Virus record (IMG/VR): IMGVR_UViG_3300046059_000043
Location: 1-57,451 of that record
DNA from: a virus
Length of the DNA stretch: 57,451 nt
Strand: one strand, 5' to 3'
Below the pieces are notes generated by a model that was not told the origin of the DNA, did no database searches, and saw nothing but the letters and a program-made list of their open reading frames with translations. The translations under genes and the position numbers were made by a program. Positions 16,096 through 25,551 of the stretch are shown here, piece after piece. Position 1 is the stretch's first letter, and each line of letters begins with the position of its first letter.

Positions 16096-16332
16096 ATGTC
16101 TGATCAACCCGACATTGACGTTTCCCCAGGCACGAAGGTGGAGAAGGGCGGGCACCGCTGGGTCTACTGTCGAAAGAATTTCCTCTCCAGTGACCTTCCG
16201 CTCCAGCACATGGTCGTATCGACCGTAGATGGGAGCGTGCAGATCATCTATCCTCAAATGCACGGGTCGGTCTCGAAGGCCCTCCGCGAGAATGGGTTCT
16301 CCCTTCCAAAAGCGACATCACCGCCTAGTTAA
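16096..16332 (+). CDS. hypothetical protein (78 aa)
   Basis: ORF track, ATG start. Confidence 0.5.
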   Translation: MSDQPDIDVSPGTKVEKGGHRWVYCRKNFLSSDLPLQHMVVSTVDGSVQIIYPQMHGSVSKALRENGFSLPKATSPPS

Positions 16333-16369
16333 AAGTTCAGAGGAACCCCTCCACAAGAACCCCTCCAGG

Positions 16370-16546
16370 ATGGCCCGCAGAAATCTCGAAGACGTGCCCT
16401 GGGACATCGTGTGCCGCCTTTACCGATCCGGCTACACCGGACCCCGGCTGGCAAAGCTGGTTGGGTGCCCGCCCAAAACGATCTACCGAAAGCTGCGGGA
16501 GCGGGGCATCAAGATCCGGAAGCAAGGCAAAAAACCAAACCCGTAA
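16370..16546 (+). CDS. Small HTH DNA-binding protein (58 aa)
   Basis: ATG at 16370. GPRLAKLVGCPPKTIYRKLRERGI is HTH-like, with a basic tail. Confidence 0.5.
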   Translation: MARRNLEDVPWDIVCRLYRSGYTGPRLAKLVGCPPKTIYRKLRERGIKIRKQGKKPNP

Positions 16547-16566
16547 CTGAGAGAGACTCCTGACGG

Positions 16567-16995
16567 ATGGACCTTGAAGAGTTCAACACGAAGTTCGGCG
16601 CGAGCGAGGAGGAGGTTCATAAGCAACTGGTCGAATACCTCGACCACGCGGTAGAGGAGGCCGCGCTCCTCTTCCACCCGGCCAACGGCGGCCTCATGCC
16701 AATGGGTACCGCCGGGAAGCTCAAGGGGATGGGATTAAGACAGGGCGTGCCCGACCTGCTGCTCGCGCTCCCGAAGGCGGACAAGCATGGCCTCTTCGTC
16801 GAGCTGAAGACGAAGGAGGGCCGCCTCCGGGGGAAGCAGGTGTGGTGGCTCTACCACCTCCGGCGTCAAGGCTTTGGGGCGATCTGCTGCCGCGGCTTCG
16901 AGGACGCCCGGACCCGCATTACCGCCTACATGGGCGGCAACTACAGCGAGCACCCCCTCCCTACCGAGCGCATCAAAAAGCCCGATCACGTCTGA
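16567..16995 (+). CDS. VRR-NUC domain nuclease
   Basis: GVPDLLLALPKADKHGLFVELKTKEGRLRGKQVWW matches the VRR-NUC PD...ExK core. Confidence 0.85.
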   Translation: MDLEEFNTKFGASEEEVHKQLVEYLDHAVEEAALLFHPANGGLMPMGTAGKLKGMGLRQGVPDLLLALPKADKHGLFVELKTKEGRLRGKQVWWLYHLRRQGFGAICCRGFEDARTRITAYMGGNYSEHPLPTERIKKPDHV

Positions 16996-17420
16996 TGGAC
17001 AAGCAGAGCAACGGACACCCGGAGCCGCCGACCGACGAGTATCCGCCCGACCCGCCGGAGGTGTGCCGCTACTGCCGCAGCCCTGTGAGCCTCGTCAGCG
17101 CAGAGGAGGTCTATCCGGGCATGGGGCTGGAGGCAAAACTCTACTTCTGCGAGGGATGCGGCGCTCGGGTCGGCGTGCACGAGGGGACCGACGACCCCGT
17201 TGGCTACCTGGCCGACGCGGAGCTCAGGCGGTGGCGGCGCGTCCTGCACGAGGCGCTGAGGGAGCTCCGAAAGCCGCGCTTCTACCAAAAATCGGTGCAC
17301 GGACTCATTCGAGAGGCCCTCGGCGTGCCTAGGGAGCGCGCCCGCGTGGCGATGCTCTCGATCGGGGAGGTCAAGAACATGATCGTGTGGCTGATGCGAC
17401 AGGGACCCGAAATCTCATGA
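16995..17420 (+). CDS. Zinc-finger protein (141 aa)
   Basis: The ATG overlaps the upstream TGA. Contains CRYCRSP ... CEGCGARVGVH followed by RRWRRVLHEALREL. From memory this resembles phage zinc-finger domain proteins such as DUF3268. Confidence 0.5.
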   Translation: MDKQSNGHPEPPTDEYPPDPPEVCRYCRSPVSLVSAEEVYPGMGLEAKLYFCEGCGARVGVHEGTDDPVGYLADAELRRWRRVLHEALRELRKPRFYQKSVHGLIREALGVPRERARVAMLSIGEVKNMIVWLMRQGPEIS

Positions 17421-17692
17421 GCGCCAACCCTATCTCTGATGGCGCAGTGGATATATTTCCTGTCTTTACCTCCGCTGTCAACCGGAATCAGGACAAAGGA
17501 CCCGGGAGGGCTGTGCACCTTGGAACGGAGGAGAGGTGGACGCTCTGCGGCATGGACAAGGTGCACCCGCACCTGCTCTGGAATTCTAGCTACCCGATCC
17601 ACGATCTTGAGGGGTTCCTCTCCGCGGACCCCGATGATGTGCTCTGCAGGACGTGCAGGTCGATTGCGCGCTCCCTCATAAATGGAAACTGA
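17417..17692 (+). CDS. hypothetical protein (91 aa)
   Basis: ATGA overlap with the upstream gene. ORF track gives 17387..17692. Confidence 0.5.
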   Translation: MSANPISDGAVDIFPVFTSAVNRNQDKGPGRAVHLGTEERWTLCGMDKVHPHLLWNSSYPIHDLEGFLSADPDDVLCRTCRSIARSLINGN

Positions 17693-17713
17693 ATCACCCC
17701 ACCCCACTGAGAC

Positions 17714-17914
17714 ATGCGAGACCGGCACATCCACGAACCCTGGCAGGGCGAATCAGGCCGCTGCAATCACTGCGGCACGGTCATCTCGACGGTGAAGCAA
17801 TACTGCGACCCATGCGCCCCGGACCGAAGTGTCTGCGCGCAGTGCGGGACGCCGATGAGCAAGAACCGGCGGCCACCAGTGTGTGAAGGATGCCTCAGCG
17901 AAGAGCAGCGTTGA
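17714..17914 (+). CDS. Cys-rich zinc-ribbon protein (66 aa)
   Basis: Contains CNHCG...CDPC...CAQCG...CEGC. Confidence 0.55.
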   Translation: MRDRHIHEPWQGESGRCNHCGTVISTVKQYCDPCAPDRSVCAQCGTPMSKNRRPPVCEGCLSEEQR

Positions 17915-17941
17915 TTTTCCTCAGCAAACACCCACTGAGCG

Positions 17942-18958
17942 ATGAGCGCAGTAGAAGAGTTTCCTGAGACCGTCCCCCTGAAGCCTAAGAGCGAGTTTGG
18001 CCCCGAGTGCCCCGTCGGCTTCTACGAAGGCGTGGGGCGCATGGCGTACCTCCGTCACCCCGCCCTCTCGCGGAGCGCGGTGGCGGCAGGCGCGAGGTAC
18101 TCCATCGCCCACGCCTGGCACGAGTGGAAGTCCGACCCAGAGGAGGAGATGACCGCGGCCCAGAAGTTTGGGAACGCCTTCCACCTGCTCACGCTGGAGC
18201 CAGAGCTTTTCCGCGCCCGCTACGATCGGGCGGCAGACCGGTGCCAGGGCACCCTCGCCTCCGGCGAGCAATGCTCCTACAGCCCTAAGGAGCGCTACGA
18301 CGGGGACTGGTACTGCGGCACCCACGCGCCCTCGGAGAAGGCGCCCGACGCCATCGAGACGCTCACGGCAGGCCAGTTTGAGGCATGCCACGAGATGACC
18401 AAATCCGCCGAGACGCACCCCGAGTCGAGCGCCCTGCTGAATCGGCAGCCCGGCCTTGAGGAGGTGACGATGATCTGGGTAAACCCGGAGACCGGCCTGC
18501 GGTGCAAGGCCCGCATCGACCGCCTGATTGATAACGGGTTCGGAGACGAGGTCAAACCCGCCCTCGTAGACCTGAAGACGACCGACTCCGCCCACGCGGA
18601 GGACTTCCGACGTAAGATCGGGCGGTACGGCTACTGGGCACAGGGGGCCTTCTACACGATGGGCTTCAACACGCTTGCGGCCCAGGTCTACGGCGTGCCC
18701 CCCATCCAGGAGCCGTTCCTCTTCTCGGTCGTAGAGAAGAGCGCGCCGCATGCCTGCCAGGTCTACGCCCTCAGCAGTCGGGTCCGCGAGCAAGGCACCG
18801 AGCGCGTCTTGGAGGTGATGAGCAAGCTGGCTGAGCATGAGACCGATAAGGCTCCTGCCCCAGAGCGCAGCTACAGCCCGAAGGTCGAGATGATTGGCCT
18901 CAGCCGATGGCAGAAGGAGCGCCTGCTTGGAAAAGAGGCGACGGAAGGGCCGCTCTGA
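17942..18958 (+). CDS. PD-(D/E)XK exonuclease (RecE/exonuclease VIII-like fold)
   Basis: GNAFHLLTLEP, KARIDRLID, ALVDLKTT and YWAQGAFY occur in the order typical of PDDEXK recombination exonucleases. Confidence 0.7.
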   Translation: MSAVEEFPETVPLKPKSEFGPECPVGFYEGVGRMAYLRHPALSRSAVAAGARYSIAHAWHEWKSDPEEEMTAAQKFGNAFHLLTLEPELFRARYDRAADRCQGTLASGEQCSYSPKERYDGDWYCGTHAPSEKAPDAIETLTAGQFEACHEMTKSAETHPESSALLNRQPGLEEVTMIWVNPETGLRCKARIDRLIDNGFGDEVKPALVDLKTTDSAHAEDFRRKIGRYGYWAQGAFYTMGFNTLAAQVYGVPPIQEPFLFSVVEKSAPHACQVYALSSRVREQGTERVLEVMSKLAEHETDKAPAPERSYSPKVEMIGLSRWQKERLLGKEATEGPL

Positions 18959-19039
18959 TCTGGACCCCAGGGCTTTTTATTTATCAGTCCCACCTGTAGG
19001 TTTATCTTCTGCTCTCCTCCCCAAAAAGTAACAGACCCC

Positions 19040-19510
19040 ATGCTCAATCAGCCCGCAAACAAACACTACACCGAAGTCAGCTACGCGGAATCCTCCCAGA
19101 AGACGACGATCCAGTCCGAGTCGGAGACCTCCGGCCCCGAGCGGGACGAGCATAAGGTGAAGACGCCCGCCCTCCCCCATCCGGACCTGCACGAGGTGCT
19201 TCAGGCGCTTGCGCCCTGGTTCTGCGATGTGCTGGAGTTCGGAGAGGGGTGGCTGGGCGACTGGACCGTCATCGGCGTCAAGCTCAAATATTCCGGCGGC
19301 GTGCCGGAGCTGGCCGTGACCGCGAAGCGAGAGATCCACACTGGCGACACCGTCTCCCATACGACCCCCTACCTCCCACCGAGCGGAAAGGCCCCCGCGG
19401 TGCTGGAGGCCCTCTTCGAGGAGGCGGAGAAGCACCTCTCCGGCAAGCGCGCTCAGGGGGACCTCTTCATGAAGTCCGATGGGGAGGATTCCCTCAAGGA
19501 TGTCGCTTGA
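19040..19510 (+). CDS. hypothetical protein (156 aa)
   Basis: ORF track. The ATG is preceded by AACAGACCCC. Confidence 0.55.
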   Translation: MLNQPANKHYTEVSYAESSQKTTIQSESETSGPERDEHKVKTPALPHPDLHEVLQALAPWFCDVLEFGEGWLGDWTVIGVKLKYSGGVPELAVTAKREIHTGDTVSHTTPYLPPSGKAPAVLEALFEEAEKHLSGKRAQGDLFMKSDGEDSLKDVA

Positions 19511-19567
19511 CCTGTAGCCCCCCCTATTCTTCTGAATAAGGCCCCACCTTCAGGCTGACACTTTTCT

Positions 19568-20776
19568 ATGAGAGACGTATTCGGCCAGCAGGTCGTCAAA
19601 AACGTATCCTCCCAAATTAACATCGCGTCCTCCAACCCGTACAACGCGGAGCGGTGGCGGCTCTCGGTAGATGGAACCACGGCGTTTCCACAATACGACG
19701 CGGTCCCGCAGTACAACCATGATGGAAAGCGCCATCGGCTGGAGCCGGGTGCCGGGGAGACCGTTCGGCTGCGGACAGCAGAACGCCCGAAATACGTGGT
19801 CGAGTTCGAGTCTGCCGCCACGATGTCGTGGGCGGCCAATAAGGACGCCTCCGGCCTCACGGGAGACGACCGAATCCGCATCGGACGCTTCGACGGCTCC
19901 GACGGATGGGCGATGGAATTCAACGCGGGGCACAGTGAGGAGGAATGTGACCTCCTGGTCATGCGTGGGGGGAGCGTGGTCCGGCGTAAAATCGACAGGT
20001 ATATCCCGGCAACGCTTTCGGACTTTATTCGCATTCTTCAGAAGGGAGCGTGGTACGACGCCACCCGACATGAATGGGACATCTCCCTCGTGCGGCGCGA
20101 ACGGCAGGTCAATGCGGAGGTCGGCACGGTCGGCATGGCCGGAGAGGGGCCAACAACACCGAATCTGCCGATCATGTACGAGGTCCGGGCTGACTCTTTA
20201 ACGTCGGATCTGGTGCTAAAAGCCGGGTCGGTATCGCTTGCCCAATACGGGAGGCCCTCAAATATCGTCCGGGTGAAAGAGCACGCGTTTCAGAGCACCC
20301 TCTCAACCGCAGGCGATTTTGAGCCGCTATACGCGATCCGGAAGGCCCCCTCCTACCGGGACGTAGAAGCACAGATCCTGCGGACGGAGATTTTAAAATA
20401 CGGAACTGATGAGCTTTTTGAGGTCGCCGTCCAGGCATTTCGGAGCTCAAAAGTGAGCTTCGACGGCACCGGTTCATGGGGGGTGCCCCCGGAGTGGTCC
20501 AGCAGGAACAACATCTTAGAGACTCGGAGCGACGTAGATCAAATTGCAGATCAAGACGGAAATCTTGCCGTTACGCCCTCAAATCCGGGCGGCTACCAGC
20601 TTGGGTATCACACTTCACTCGGGGATCTGGGAAGTGATAAGGGCCAGCCGTCCGAGTCGCAGACGGAAAAGGCGTTTCTCCACGAAGATGATGTGGCGAT
20701 CGTCCTCGGGAGGGTCGTGTCCAGTGGCTCCCCGTCCGACGCGACGATCTACACGAAGTGGTCGCAAGGGTGGTAG
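19568..20776 (+). CDS. hypothetical protein (402 aa), beta-rich, possibly virion-associated
   Basis: ORF track. I recognise no catalytic motif. It sits just upstream of terL and is followed by a strong hairpin. Confidence 0.55.
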   Translation: MRDVFGQQVVKNVSSQINIASSNPYNAERWRLSVDGTTAFPQYDAVPQYNHDGKRHRLEPGAGETVRLRTAERPKYVVEFESAATMSWAANKDASGLTGDDRIRIGRFDGSDGWAMEFNAGHSEEECDLLVMRGGSVVRRKIDRYIPATLSDFIRILQKGAWYDATRHEWDISLVRRERQVNAEVGTVGMAGEGPTTPNLPIMYEVRADSLTSDLVLKAGSVSLAQYGRPSNIVRVKEHAFQSTLSTAGDFEPLYAIRKAPSYRDVEAQILRTEILKYGTDELFEVAVQAFRSSKVSFDGTGSWGVPPEWSSRNNILETRSDVDQIADQDGNLAVTPSNPGGYQLGYHTSLGDLGSDKGQPSESQTEKAFLHEDDVAIVLGRVVSSGSPSDATIYTKWSQGW

Positions 20777-20808
20777 TTCGCAGTCGTTTATAACTGATCT
20801 CCCAGAAT

Positions 20809-20855
20809 AAAAAAACGCCAGGCCAGAGGCGGAGCAAGCCGCCTCGGACCTGGCG
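20809..20855. other. A7 run followed by a long GC-rich hairpin (CGCCAGG..GAGGCGG-AGCAAG-CCGCCTC..CCTGGCG)
   Basis: Two nested 7-bp stems read directly. The A-run comes before the hairpin on the plus strand, so it is not a canonical plus-strand intrinsic terminator. Confidence 0.4.
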
Positions 20856-20860
20856 CAGGT

Positions 20861-20884
20861 CACCCACTGAGGGCGCAACAGACG
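20861..20884 (+). promoter_or_regulatory. CACCCACT-GAG-GGCGCAACAGACG box upstream of terL
   Basis: Closely resembles CTACCCACT-CATAA-GGCGCAACAGACG upstream of int (9330-9356) and its inverted copy near 56686. Confidence 0.4.
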
Positions 20885-20947
20885 TACGAGGTCCTATCCC
20901 CCCTGCCCGAGCGGTGTTCCGAACCCACTTACCCGGAAGATTCCCCT

Positions 20948-22654
20948 ATGGACACGGTCGGCGATCTTTTGGAGACAGATCCCCGCGCGGCCCCGAGAAA
21001 GGGTGCTCTTGGGCACGGCCCCGAGAACCCCGCCGGGGACGTGCTCGAAAAGCGCCTCTCCGGCGAGGAGTCGCTTCTGGCCCTCCAGCGAAAGGGTAAG
21101 ATTGCCGACTGGATGGAGGAGGCGTTCGACACGACGCTCGTGCCGCCGATCCGGCGTATGATTCGATCGGTGATGGAGTATGAAGATACTGTTGTGTTGT
21201 CGGCTAACAGTATCGGTAAGACGTTCACGGCAGCTCGGCTCGCCCTCACCCTCTTCAAGTGGCTGACCGAAGACGCGGACATCAAGGACGTGGAGGTGTT
21301 CACGTCCGCGGCCCCGCCGGAGGACAACTTAGAGCGCCTTCTCTGGGGAGAGATTTACGCAGGGCTCGATGAGGCCGACGACCTCGGGCAGGGGTGGAAG
21401 ATCAACTCGATGCACATCGAGGCCGGGCCAAACTCCTACATCACTGGCGTTACCATCCCGAGGTCGGAGCGCCCGGAGGAGATGGAATCCAGGTTCAGCG
21501 GGAAGCACGCCGACGCGCTCTTTTTCATCTTCGACGAGGGGGACGCGATCCCGCGCCCGGTGTACAAGGGCGCGGAAAGCTGCATGTCGGGCGGGTCGAT
21601 CACGAAGATGCTGACGCTTCTCAACCCGCGCAGCCCGTCGGGACCTGTTTACGAGAAGGTGCGGAACGGGGAGTGCAACGTGGTTCGCATGTCGGCCTTC
21701 GAGCACCCGAACGTGAAGACGGGGACGCAGAAGATCCCCGGCGCCGTCACCCGGGAGAAGACGGTCCGCCGCATCGCGGACTGGTCGCGCCGCCTTGCAG
21801 AAAATGAGGAGGAGCCCGACGATCGGGTCACCTTCACGGTCCCGGATTTCCTCGTCGGCGAGACGGCCCGCCGCAAGGACGGCTCGACGGCAGGGCCACT
21901 TCCGCCCGGCATCCGGGTCGTGACGAACCCGAGCCTGTGCCACATGGTGCTCGCCAAGTACCCGAAGACGAGCTCGTACAAGCTCATCTCCGAATCCTGG
22001 GTGGAGGCTGCCGTCGACCGCTGGGAGGCTCACATCGACACCCATGGAGCGGAGGTGCCGGACGGGGCCATCATGGGCTACGACGTAGCGTCGGTCGGGG
22101 TGGACAAAAACGTGCTCTGCTTCCGAAAGGAAAACTTCGTGGGCCACTTCGACTGCAAGTGGGGCGGGGTCGACTCGGACGTAGGGGCCGACAAGGCGGC
22201 GATGTTCTACCAGGAGAAAGGCGCCAAAAGAGCAAAGGTGGACACGACCGGCGTTGGGGACGGGGTCCCCCGCAAGATGCGCAAGAAGGGAGCCAGCCAC
22301 ACCGACGGGGTGAAGGTGTCGGAGGCCCCGACCACCCAAGTCGCGGAGGGGGAGTTCCACCGGCTGCGCGACCAGCTTTACTGGAAGGTGCGCGAGTGGC
22401 TGAGGCCGACCGACGAAGAGCCGTCGGAGGCGATGCTCCCACCGAACGACCAGCTCAAGCGCCAGCTCACGACGCCCACCTGGTCGCAGACGAAGAAGGG
22501 GGAGATCCGGGTTATGTCCAAAGATGAGATGCGGGCGGAGATGAGCGGGGACTCCCCGGATGAATTTGACGCGCTCGCCTTGACGTTTGCCCCGGAGAAC
22601 CCATATACAGAGACCGCCCGTTGGAGCGACGACGAATTCGAGCCGCGCCTCTGA
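20948..22654 (+). CDS. terL: Terminase large subunit
   Basis: Walker A-like SANSIGKTFT, Walker B ALFFIFDEGD, and C-terminal nuclease acidic motifs GYDVASVGVD and VDTTGVGDG. It precedes the portal gene. Confidence 0.9.
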   Translation: MDTVGDLLETDPRAAPRKGALGHGPENPAGDVLEKRLSGEESLLALQRKGKIADWMEEAFDTTLVPPIRRMIRSVMEYEDTVVLSANSIGKTFTAARLALTLFKWLTEDADIKDVEVFTSAAPPEDNLERLLWGEIYAGLDEADDLGQGWKINSMHIEAGPNSYITGVTIPRSERPEEMESRFSGKHADALFFIFDEGDAIPRPVYKGAESCMSGGSITKMLTLLNPRSPSGPVYEKVRNGECNVVRMSAFEHPNVKTGTQKIPGAVTREKTVRRIADWSRRLAENEEEPDDRVTFTVPDFLVGETARRKDGSTAGPLPPGIRVVTNPSLCHMVLAKYPKTSSYKLISESWVEAAVDRWEAHIDTHGAEVPDGAIMGYDVASVGVDKNVLCFRKENFVGHFDCKWGGVDSDVGADKAAMFYQEKGAKRAKVDTTGVGDGVPRKMRKKGASHTDGVKVSEAPTTQVAEGEFHRLRDQLYWKVREWLRPTDEEPSEAMLPPNDQLKRQLTTPTWSQTKKGEIRVMSKDEMRAEMSGDSPDEFDALALTFAPENPYTETARWSDDEFEPRL

Positions 22655-22669
22655 AAGACACCGATCCCA

Positions 22670-24109
22670 ATGTTTAACCGACTGTGGACGGGCCTGAAGG
22701 CCGCAGGCCACGCGTTCAAAACGACCGTTCGTACCTTCAACCTGTCCAGCTCACGCGGCTTCTGGTCTGGCTTCAAGGCCGAGTGGACTAACGCGACGTA
22801 CCGCAACATCGCCCAGATGGCGATCCGCAACCCCACTGTGCACAGGGGGGTGAACGAGATCAAAAACCGGGTTCAGTCGGTCTTTAAGCACGTCCAGCCC
22901 GTCCGGGACACGGAGGGCGGGGGCGTAACGGAGGTCGATGACCACCCCGTCTTGCGCCTCCTTGATCAGCCCAACTCGCGCAACCCGTTCAGCTACCTGC
23001 TGGCCGGGATGACGTGGCAGTGGTGGGCCGCAGGCGAATTCTTCCTGCGCGCATGGAGCCCGTCGACGGGGCCAAGCCGCCGCCAGTACCCGCGCCGACT
23101 CCAGCTCTTTCGGGCGAGCGACTTTGCCGGGTTCGAGTTTGACCCGCAGAGCGGCTTTCCGGAGGGCTATCACTTGAGGCTGCCGAACGACAAGACCGAG
23201 CTCTTTGGAAGAGACGAGATCATCCACGCCCGCAACTACAACCCGCTCCCCCGGCATCGCTTTCGGGGGCTGCCCATCTTGATTGGCGTCCTGCGCAAGC
23301 TCGATCTCCAGCAGGCGCAGGACAAGTGGAACAAGTCTGTGAGTTCCTCCGGCGGACGGGCGCCGTTTTTCTTGATGCCGAAGGGCCTGGAGCCCGGCGA
23401 CTTCCTCTCAGAGGAGAAGCGGGACCAGACGCAGGAGAAGATCGAGAAGCAGTACGAGGGGGCGGCCACCGACTCGATGCCGTGGGTCCTGAGCGGTATG
23501 TTTGAGGTGATCGAGTCGGCCCACACGCCGGAGGAGGCCCGCATTCGGGAGGGGTACGACCAGGACACGAAGGAGCTTGCGAAGGGGATGGGCCTCTCGC
23601 CGGTCCTGCTCGGCTCGACCGACGGGGCCACCTACGACAACCTCGAAACCAGCGAGTACCAGGCGTACCGGGGCGTCGTGCTCCCCTTCGTGGACCGCAT
23701 CCTGGATGAGCTGAACCGGCACATCATGCCCCGCTTCGCCAATGCGCGGGACCGATGGGACGACGTGTACCTGCACTACAATCGCCGCTCGATCAACGCG
23801 CTCGATGTGGCGATGAAAAACAAGGTGGAGGCGCTCTCAAAATTGGTCAGCTCCGGCACCATTAGCCGGGATGAAGCCCGCTCAGAGACGGGCTGGCCCG
23901 AGCGGGGCGGCGATGCGGGGACGCTCTACGCCCCCGGCAACATGATCGCCATCGATCAGGCCGGGAGCAGGGAGGTCGGCTCCCCGGAGCGCCCCGAGCT
24001 GACGCCCGAGATGGACGACCTCATGGGGCGCTGGGCCAACATGTCTTCAGGAGCCGTCGAGAAGGAGATCGACGAGTTGTTCAGCTTCGAGAGCAACGGT
24101 CACGCCTAG
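22670..24109 (+). CDS. Portal protein
   Basis: 479 aa, placed directly after terL and before the MuF-like gene. HK97-type portal-like segment GMGLSPVLLGSTDGATYDNLETSEYQAYRGVVLPFVDRI. Confidence 0.8.
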   Translation: MFNRLWTGLKAAGHAFKTTVRTFNLSSSRGFWSGFKAEWTNATYRNIAQMAIRNPTVHRGVNEIKNRVQSVFKHVQPVRDTEGGGVTEVDDHPVLRLLDQPNSRNPFSYLLAGMTWQWWAAGEFFLRAWSPSTGPSRRQYPRRLQLFRASDFAGFEFDPQSGFPEGYHLRLPNDKTELFGRDEIIHARNYNPLPRHRFRGLPILIGVLRKLDLQQAQDKWNKSVSSSGGRAPFFLMPKGLEPGDFLSEEKRDQTQEKIEKQYEGAATDSMPWVLSGMFEVIESAHTPEEARIREGYDQDTKELAKGMGLSPVLLGSTDGATYDNLETSEYQAYRGVVLPFVDRILDELNRHIMPRFANARDRWDDVYLHYNRRSINALDVAMKNKVEALSKLVSSGTISRDEARSETGWPERGGDAGTLYAPGNMIAIDQAGSREVGSPERPELTPEMDDLMGRWANMSSGAVEKEIDELFSFESNGHA

Positions 24110-24129
24110 CGCTGACCAGCCAGAGGACA

Positions 24130-24426
24130 ATGATTGTCATAGATACCAAAGACGGAGAGCCAACCAACCCGGTTCGCACCGCTGGCGGCCACCAGGCCGC
24201 CCACGTGCTTTCCGACAAGCCGGGAGAGGCAGGGAGCAGGGAACTGATCAACTTCGCCGCAGAGATCGGTCTCCTTCAAAGGCACGTCCAGGAGCCGGGC
24301 ACGCCCAGAGAGCATCTGGATGTGTGGGGAACTAAACTCGACGCCGCCCTTGAGGCAGGAGCGGAAGAGGTAGGGATGCGTGGGGTGGTAGACGTGATGC
24401 AGAAGAAGAGAGAGCCGCATAACTGA
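24130..24426 (+). CDS. hypothetical protein (98 aa), possibly DUF4031-like
   Basis: From memory, HVLSD...ELINFAAEIGL...HLDVWGTKLDAALEAGAEEV resembles the DUF4031 pattern. Unverified. Confidence 0.45.
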   Translation: MIVIDTKDGEPTNPVRTAGGHQAAHVLSDKPGEAGSRELINFAAEIGLLQRHVQEPGTPREHLDVWGTKLDAALEAGAEEVGMRGVVDVMQKKREPHN

Positions 24427-24434
24427 CTTCAACG

Positions 24435-25469
24435 ATGCCACACACGTGCGCTCAGCCGGACATGTCGGGCAGGCAGGACACGAGGGCCTTGAAGGTGGGC
24501 CTGGCTCATGTCGCCAAAGAGCGCCTCTCCCACGTAAGGAACTCTTGGGATCCGAAGGCCAATCAGTATCCACACGGCACGCGGCGGCCTCGCGAGGAGG
24601 TGCTCCGCGACGACTGGGCAATGACGCACCGCGTGAAGGCGGCGGCCCGACAGGAGCTGCGCTCGACGCTCCGCTCGATCTGGCAGGAGCAGGGCAACCT
24701 GATCGTGCGGCGCCTGCGCGAGGTGCAGCGGTCCGGGCGCGCCACGCGGGCGATGTACGGGGCCTGGCAGTCTGCGGTAACGTCCAAAGAGGACCCCAAC
24801 CAGGCGATCCACCGCCTCATCATCCAGCGCCTGATCGAGTGGGAGAGCTGGAAGGAGCGCGTCCGCGAGGAGACCAGGCCCCTCCTTGAGCGCATCATCG
24901 AGCAGGGCGGGGAGACGGGCGGGATCCGCGTCGGGGTGAGCGGGGTCGACTTTACCTCGTCCAGTCCCTTCGTCCAGCAACAGCTCAGCGAGATCCTGGG
25001 ACTCGTCGAGTCGACGGAGGACACGTGGTCCAGTCGTCTAGCCCGCACGATCCAGCGGGGCTTGTCTGAGGGGGAAGACTTTGAGGACCTCGTGGCCCGC
25101 GCGCGGGAGCAGCAGGAGTATCAGACGGGCTCGCGCCTGCGCCGCACCGTCGAGACGGCGGGAAACGGCGGCTTTGAGGCCGGGCAGCTCCAGGCGTGGC
25201 GCGACGTGGGAATCAGTGAGCGGTTGTGGGTCACCGAGCGGGACCTGCGCGTGCGAGGGACGGCGGAAGACATCTGGGACCACCGCGGCGCCGACGGGCA
25301 GACGCAACCCCTGAACCAGCCCTTCATCATCGTGACCGTCGATGGCTTCAGCTCCGAGGTCCTCATGTACCCGGCGGCCCCGGAGGCGTCGGCGGCCAAC
25401 GCGGTCAACTGCCGTTGTAGCCAGTCCCCAGAGCTGGACCGCGGAAACCTGCCCGAATCGCTCCGTTGA
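24435..25469 (+). CDS. Head morphogenesis protein (SPP1 gp7 / Mu F-like)
   Basis: The C-terminal region DHRGADGQT...PFII...YPAAPEASAANAVNCRCS shows the typical MuF NCRC ending. Position after the portal gene fits. Confidence 0.8.
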   Translation: MPHTCAQPDMSGRQDTRALKVGLAHVAKERLSHVRNSWDPKANQYPHGTRRPREEVLRDDWAMTHRVKAAARQELRSTLRSIWQEQGNLIVRRLREVQRSGRATRAMYGAWQSAVTSKEDPNQAIHRLIIQRLIEWESWKERVREETRPLLERIIEQGGETGGIRVGVSGVDFTSSSPFVQQQLSEILGLVESTEDTWSSRLARTIQRGLSEGEDFEDLVARAREQQEYQTGSRLRRTVETAGNGGFEAGQLQAWRDVGISERLWVTERDLRVRGTAEDIWDHRGADGQTQPLNQPFIIVTVDGFSSEVLMYPAAPEASAANAVNCRCSQSPELDRGNLPESLR

Positions 25470-25551
25470 AGAAAGCAGTTGAATCTTTTGGATCCGGTGC
25501 CTTTTTTAGAGGGCACTGCGCCAACGTTTACAGGGGGAACGCGGCTCACGT

